Source of the DNA: an uncultured Bacteroidales bacterium
GTDB taxonomy: Bacteria > Bacteroidota > Bacteroidia > Bacteroidales > UBA10428
Reading direction: 5' to 3'
DNA: 64,000 bases
Assembly: GCA_964406315.1 (NCBI GenBank)
Contig: CAYORG010000013.1
Span: 365 to 64,364, forward strand
Position numbers and translations under genes: made by a program. The notes below the pieces were generated by a model. That model searched no databases. It was not told the origin of the DNA and saw nothing but the letters and a program-made list of their open reading frames with translations. This document shows positions 59,722 through 64,000 of this stretch, in pieces; the first letter of the stretch is position 1, and each line of letters begins with the position of its first letter.

Positions 59722-62169
59722 TTATCTTAATTCAGCATGTAGATCTTTTTTCAGATTATCGGTTATCTTCTCCATTATTTTTTCAATTTCCTTATCAGTT
59801 AAAGTTTTCTTCTGATCCTGAAGAACAAAGCTCACTGCATATGATTTTTTCCCTTCCGGAATATTTTCCCCTTTATAATAATCAAAAAGATTCACACTTT
59901 TCAATAAATTCTTCTCAGTCTGAAAGGCAATTTTTTCAATGGAAGAATAACTAATGTCCTCATCGATTAACAGGGCAAGATCACGCCTTACTTCAGGGTA
60001 TCTGGACATCTCATTAAATCTCTTTTTCTTATCAACCAGTGTGATAAGATATTCCCAGTTTATTTCTGAAAAAAAGACCTCTTTCTCAATATTAAACTGT
60101 TGGAGTATGTCAGTATGAATATTTCCTGCTCTTATTACAATGATGTTATTATGAAAATAATGCAACCCACCTGAAAAAATATCCTTCTGGTCATCTATAA
60201 GTTTTACATCAAATACTTCCGGATCAACTCCGATATATTGAATCAAATTCTGATAAAATGCTTTTAGTTGAAAAAAAGTGGATGAAGAATCCTGTATAGC
60301 CCATGATTGCTCGTCATGGTTCCCTGTAATAAACAATCCAAATGACGGAACTTCATGAAAATTTTTAAATTGTGCGGTATTCTTTGATTTTAGCGAATAA
60401 ACCCTCCCATATTCATACAACCGGAGATTCTGGTTTTTATGGTTCATATTGTAAGCAATGGCTTCCAGGCCATGAAACAACAATGTCTGGCGCATAACAT
60501 TCAATTCATTGCTCAACGGATTTAAAATATTCACCAGCTTATCTTCCGGATAAGTAGTCAAACCCGAATAATAGTCTTTTTTAGTCAACGAATTGGACAT
60601 GATCTCATGAAAACCATTTGCTGAAAGAAAGTTACTTGCTTTATCAACCATTATTTCATTCTCAGGTTGATCAACATAAGAAAGACTTGCATTCAGCTTA
60701 TCGGAGATTTCTATTTTATTATACCCGTATATTCTTAAAATTTCCTCTATCACATCAGCTTCCCTCGTTACATCAACCCTGTATGGAGGAACCCTGAGAG
60801 TAAGTTGCTCTTTGCCCTCTTTCTTAATCTCAAAATCGAGAGACTGTAAAATGTTTCTGAGTATTTTCTTATCGAGGGATTTCCCAATTAATCTATCTAT
60901 GTGTTCAAATGAAATATCTAACATAACAGCCTTAACCGCCGCAGGGTGCACATCCAATGCTTCAGAACTGATTTTCCCTCCAGCAAATTCCTTTATTAAA
61001 ATTGCTGCTCTTTTCAAAGCATAAAGTGTATTTTCAGGATCTACGCCCCGTTCAAATCGAAAAGAAGAATCGGTGTTCAAATCATGACGACGAGTTGTTT
61101 TTCTCACCAAAACAGGATCAAAATAAGCTGATTCAAGAAAAATTGCTTTTGTATTTTCTGTAATTCCTGAATCCAAACCACCAAAAACTCCAGCTATACA
61201 AACAGGTTCTTTTGCATCACATACCATGATATCCTCATCGGAAAGTTCTCTCTCTTCTTCATCCAAAGTAGTGAACCTGGTTCCTGAAGGAAGTCTCTGA
61301 ACGATAATCTTCTTTCCGTTTAATTTGTTTGCGTCATATGCGTGCAAGGGCTGACCAAGTTCGTGAAGAACAAAATTCGTCACATCAACAACATTGTTAA
61401 TGGGTGATAATCCTATTGACTTCAGTTTTCTTTGTAACCACTTTGGTGAAGGTTTTACATCCAAATCAGATATTGTCAGACCGGTAAATCTTCTGCAACC
61501 TTCGCTATCTTTTATTTCAATGGGGATATGAAATGAGTTGTTATCGGAAGCAAAAGAGCTGATGTCAGGCTTCCTAAGATTAACTTTGCCCAAAAGTGAA
61601 AAAAAAGCAGCCAGATCACGCGCTGTGCCAAAATGTGAGGCAGCATCAATCCTGTTAGGTGTCAGCCCGATTTCAAAAACTGTATCACTGGCAATTTGAA
61701 AATAATCTGCTGCGGAAGTTCCTGGAACTGCTTTCTCATCCAGAACAAGAATTCCTTCATGACTGGTACCAAGTCCAATCTCATCTTCTGCGCATATCAT
61801 GCCTTCAGACTCCGCTCCTCTGATTTTGGTTTTTTGAATTGTAAATTCTTTGTCTCCAATAAATAAGATTGTACCAGGTATTGCAACGACTACTTTTTGT
61901 TTTGGAGCTACATTAGGCGCTCCGCATACAATTTTCAGAGGATTACCATTCCCTGTATTTACTGTGGCAATACTTAATTTATCTGCATTGGGATGCTTTT
62001 CACAGGTTAGAACTTCACCAATTATAAGACCCTTCATGCCTCCCTGCACTTCTTCAAAGTGCTCAATTCCTTCAACTTCAAGCCCGATATTAGTCAATAT
62101 GTCGGCTAATTTATTTGGATCAACATCTATATCAATATAGTCTTTCAGCCAACTATAGGAAATCTTCAT
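59722..62169 (-). CDS. pheT: Phenylalanine--tRNA ligase beta subunit
   Basis: [41 protein letters not shown] tail RRDLALL. Confidence 0.98.
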   Translation of the reverse strand: MKISYSWLKDYIDIDVDPNKLADILTNIGLEVEGIEHFEEVQGGMKGLIIGEVLTCEKHPNADKLSIATVNTGNGNPLKIVCGAPNVAPKQKVVVAIPGTILFIGDKEFTIQKTKIRGAESEGMICAEDEIGLGTSHEGILVLDEKAVPGTSAADYFQIASDTVFEIGLTPNRIDAASHFGTARDLAAFFSLLGKVNLRKPDISSFASDNNSFHIPIEIKDSEGCRRFTGLTISDLDVKPSPKWLQRKLKSIGLSPINNVVDVTNFVLHELGQPLHAYDANKLNGKKIIVQRLPSGTRFTTLDEEERELSDEDIMVCDAKEPVCIAGVFGGLDSGITENTKAIFLESAYFDPVLVRKTTRRHDLNTDSSFRFERGVDPENTLYALKRAAILIKEFAGGKISSEALDVHPAAVKAVMLDISFEHIDRLIGKSLDKKILRNILQSLDFEIKKEGKEQLTLRVPPYRVDVTREADVIEEILRIYGYNKIEISDKLNASLSYVDQPENEIMVDKASNFLSANGFHEIMSNSLTKKDYYSGLTTYPEDKLVNILNPLSNELNVMRQTLLFHGLEAIAYNMNHKNQNLRLYEYGRVYSLKSKNTAQFKNFHEVPSFGLFITGNHDEQSWAIQDSSSTFFQLKAFYQNLIQYIGVDPEVFDVKLIDDQKDIFSGGLHYFHNNIIVIRAGNIHTDILQQFNIEKEVFFSEINWEYLITLVDKKKRFNEMSRYPEVRRDLALLIDEDISYSSIEKIAFQTEKNLLKSVNLFDYYKGENIPEGKKSYAVSFVLQDQKKTLTDKEIEKIMEKITDNLKKDLHAELR

Positions 62170-62253
62170 TTGGCAAATCGTTTACGGGATTCTTTATACT
62201 TCTTCATCTACGCAAACAAAAATAAACAAAATTTTATTGCTATGATTAAAACA

Positions 62254-62264
62254 CCCTGACAGGG
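62254..62264. repeat. CCCTGACAGGG palindrome (REP-like)
   Basis: Same core as the stem at 63596-63630. Confidence 0.35.
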
Positions 62265-62444
62265 CGCAAAAGTTTTGAATTAAGAATAAAGAACACCGCT
62301 TAATGAACTTCATTGGTCTTTTAAAGTCGTTAACCGGCATTCATTATTCAATTGTTTTATTTATTTTCTGAAAGGAAAACTTAATAGTTATCAGAACGTA
62401 AATACCATAACAGGGAGACAAACAAAACATACATAGATCTCCAT

Positions 62445-63581
62445 CTATCTTATATATATCATTTCCTGGTTCTTTTGCTCTGTTGCAGATTTATAATCTT
62501 CTTTGAAAATGTAGTTTTTTCTCACCCATTGTTTCCTCTGGGTTATTTCAACCGTTTCAAACATCACTCCCTGATCTCCTTCAAACATGCGTTCCATGGT
62601 ATGTTCATTGATTTTTGTTTCCCTTACATTTGCAGAGAGCATACGCTGAATTAATACATACAAATCTTCTCTATTTACAGGAACAAAAGAGATGTCTTTT
62701 TCATATTCTGAGATGGCCTCTGCAATAACAGCATCGAATAATTTGGCTTGCAGCTTCGCAAAAAGTTCTCTGCTATGGTAAATATCCATGCCATAGAACT
62801 GTCCATTGATAGCATAAGCAAATCCTATTGAATTCTCAGAAAAATCATTGAGGTTATTCAGGTTGTTTTTAAATTCTTTCGTAACATCCTCCAGTTCTTT
62901 GTTTTCAAGAGTGAGTTGCAGGCTTGTTTCCGACTGGGGCGATCGCACGTCTACATTTTCTCCTTTCATTTCCGCCAGGTTTTTATTCAGCTTATATTGC
63001 TTCTCAGAAACTTTTTGCCAGACAGCAGACTGATCTTTTGAATAGCGCGATGCAAGCTTAAGATCCCTGGAAGAAAGCACCTTGGTATTGTCTGAAAATT
63101 CATGTACTTCTTCCTGGCCTCTTTTTTGCCACCTTCCCGATTCAACACAGTAGCTCTCAAGAGGAACTTTCTTCGTATAGGGGGGAATAATGATATCATT
63201 CTCTATGGTCCTGTCTTGTCTTCCTCCTTTCACTATATCTCCCGCGAGAATAAAAATATAATCCTTCGTATTATTGGAAATACTCAACAAATTTACATTG
63301 CCGGTTTCTTCCAGTACAACATCCTGACCTTTAATAACCTCAGACAAGATTCTGTATTTTTGACTTTCAGTTTTCCCGCTGCGTACTATCGGAAAAATCT
63401 CAAGATTCTTATAAGCAATGGATTCTCCGATCAAAAATGAATCATTTTCCACTAGTGTGTCCGATTGTGATGCATGTTGCTCCGGAACATCCATATGCAA
63501 ATTGCATGAAATGGAGGATGAAAAGATGATACAAACCAGTATCAATATATGTTTTATGGTATTGAAAGAATTTTTTTTCAT
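62445..63581 (-). CDS. DUF6569/ARPP-1 family lipoprotein
   Basis: Lipobox-like SISC; NLEIFP, GDIVKGGRQDR, CVESGRW. Confidence 0.7.
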   Translation of the reverse strand: MKKNSFNTIKHILILVCIIFSSSISCNLHMDVPEQHASQSDTLVENDSFLIGESIAYKNLEIFPIVRSGKTESQKYRILSEVIKGQDVVLEETGNVNLLSISNNTKDYIFILAGDIVKGGRQDRTIENDIIIPPYTKKVPLESYCVESGRWQKRGQEEVHEFSDNTKVLSSRDLKLASRYSKDQSAVWQKVSEKQYKLNKNLAEMKGENVDVRSPQSETSLQLTLENKELEDVTKEFKNNLNNLNDFSENSIGFAYAINGQFYGMDIYHSRELFAKLQAKLFDAVIAEAISEYEKDISFVPVNREDLYVLIQRMLSANVRETKINEHTMERMFEGDQGVMFETVEITQRKQWVRKNYIFKEDYKSATEQKNQEMIYIR

Positions 63582-63595
63582 GACTTTATGATTTT

Positions 63596-63630
63596 ATACC
63601 CTGACAGGATCGCCTTCCCTGTCAGGGTAT
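63596..63630. repeat. 13-bp perfect hairpin (REP-like or terminator)
   Basis: ATACCCTGACAGG-9nt-CCTGTCAGGGTAT. Confidence 0.7.
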
Positions 63631-63638
63631 ATTATGAA

Positions 63639-64000
63639 TTAATCAATAACAAAATTTCTGGTTTTAGCCTGATCTCTCAAAGATGTAAGTATTGCTTTGT
63701 CAAGCATCTCATTGTCATCATCCTCTATCGTCTGCTCTGCTACATACTCAGCACGCTTTGCATTCAATTCCTGAATTTCCAGGCTGATTTTATCTCTTTC
63801 TATTGCTTTTTGTTCAATATATTTTACCCTCTCATCTTTATCCATTTTTTGCATTTCTTCAGGCAATTCTGATTCTTTAAGTTCTTCTATGCTAAAGTCT
63901 TCAGCGTCTGAAGCATCCACAAGATCCCATGATCTGTTTTTGTATACATGCGAACTCTTTGATACAGCCCTTTTTACTGTATTGGCTGATCCATACTGTT
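63639..64000 (-). CDS. C-terminal part of a probable VWA-domain protein (5' end outside the window)
   Basis: Frame open to the edge: QYGSANTVKRAVSKSSHVYKNRSWDLVDA...ELPEEMQKM...ER..I..EIQEL. This helical tail is recalled from VWA proteins; the VWA domain itself is not visible. Confidence 0.55.
   Translation of the reverse strand, partial: QYGSANTVKRAVSKSSHVYKNRSWDLVDASDAEDFSIEELKESELPEEMQKMDKDERVKYIEQKAIERDKISLEIQELNAKRAEYVAEQTIEDDDNEMLDKAILTSLRDQAKTRNFVID

Noticed and set aside
660-63920. Numerous short ORFs overlapping or antisense to long genes (e.g. 3548..3967, 6572..6955, 12593..13063, 39937..40464, 46909..47391, 50855..51316, 57547..57969)
   Set aside because: They lie within well-supported genes, show no recognisable motifs, and are expected shadow frames.

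Overview
A 64 kb chromosomal window from an anaerobic Bacteroidota, most likely an environmental Bacteroidales. Evidence: TAnnTTTG -7 promoter elements, T9SS cargo proteins with a PorP/SprF gene, and Bacteroidota-type hup, htpG and purB. From left to right it contains: (1) two tandem paralogous outer-membrane beta-barrel genes; (2) rex, divergent from a tight operon hdrA'-qmoC-like-hdrA''-mvhD-mvhG-mvhA-maturation protease (a group 3c [NiFe]-hydrogenase with a membrane Qmo-like module; no HdrB or AprAB in the window); (3) accessory metabolic and secreted enzymes (DcaP-like porin, racemase, T9SS Ntn-hydrolase, GH43, GH13); (4) a T9SS module (SprF/PorP, PKD type-A cargo, type-B cargo) divergent from an ECF sigma factor and an anti-sigma-like membrane protein that itself ends in a T9SS type-B CTD; (5) a rearrangement scar at 29.6-31.4 kb (flavin reductase joined to a rubrerythrin fragment, and a decayed duplicate of a DUF4139 3' end flanking a methyltransferase); (6) a CotH/DUF2490 cluster; (7) mostly housekeeping genes (murB, pgm, mltG, nfeD, purB, msbA-like, corA, tRNA-Ser, hup, trmH, htpG, aspC, mgsA, pheT), with a 63-bp tandem repeat beside the tRNA and an aminopeptidase remnant. 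No CRISPR array, rRNA, integrase or transposase was seen. All family assignments come from motif recognition by eye, not from database searches. The best candidates for an undescribed system are the Rex-linked Qmo-like/Mvh hydrogenase complex and the ECF sigma/anti-sigma pair carrying a T9SS type-B sorting domain.
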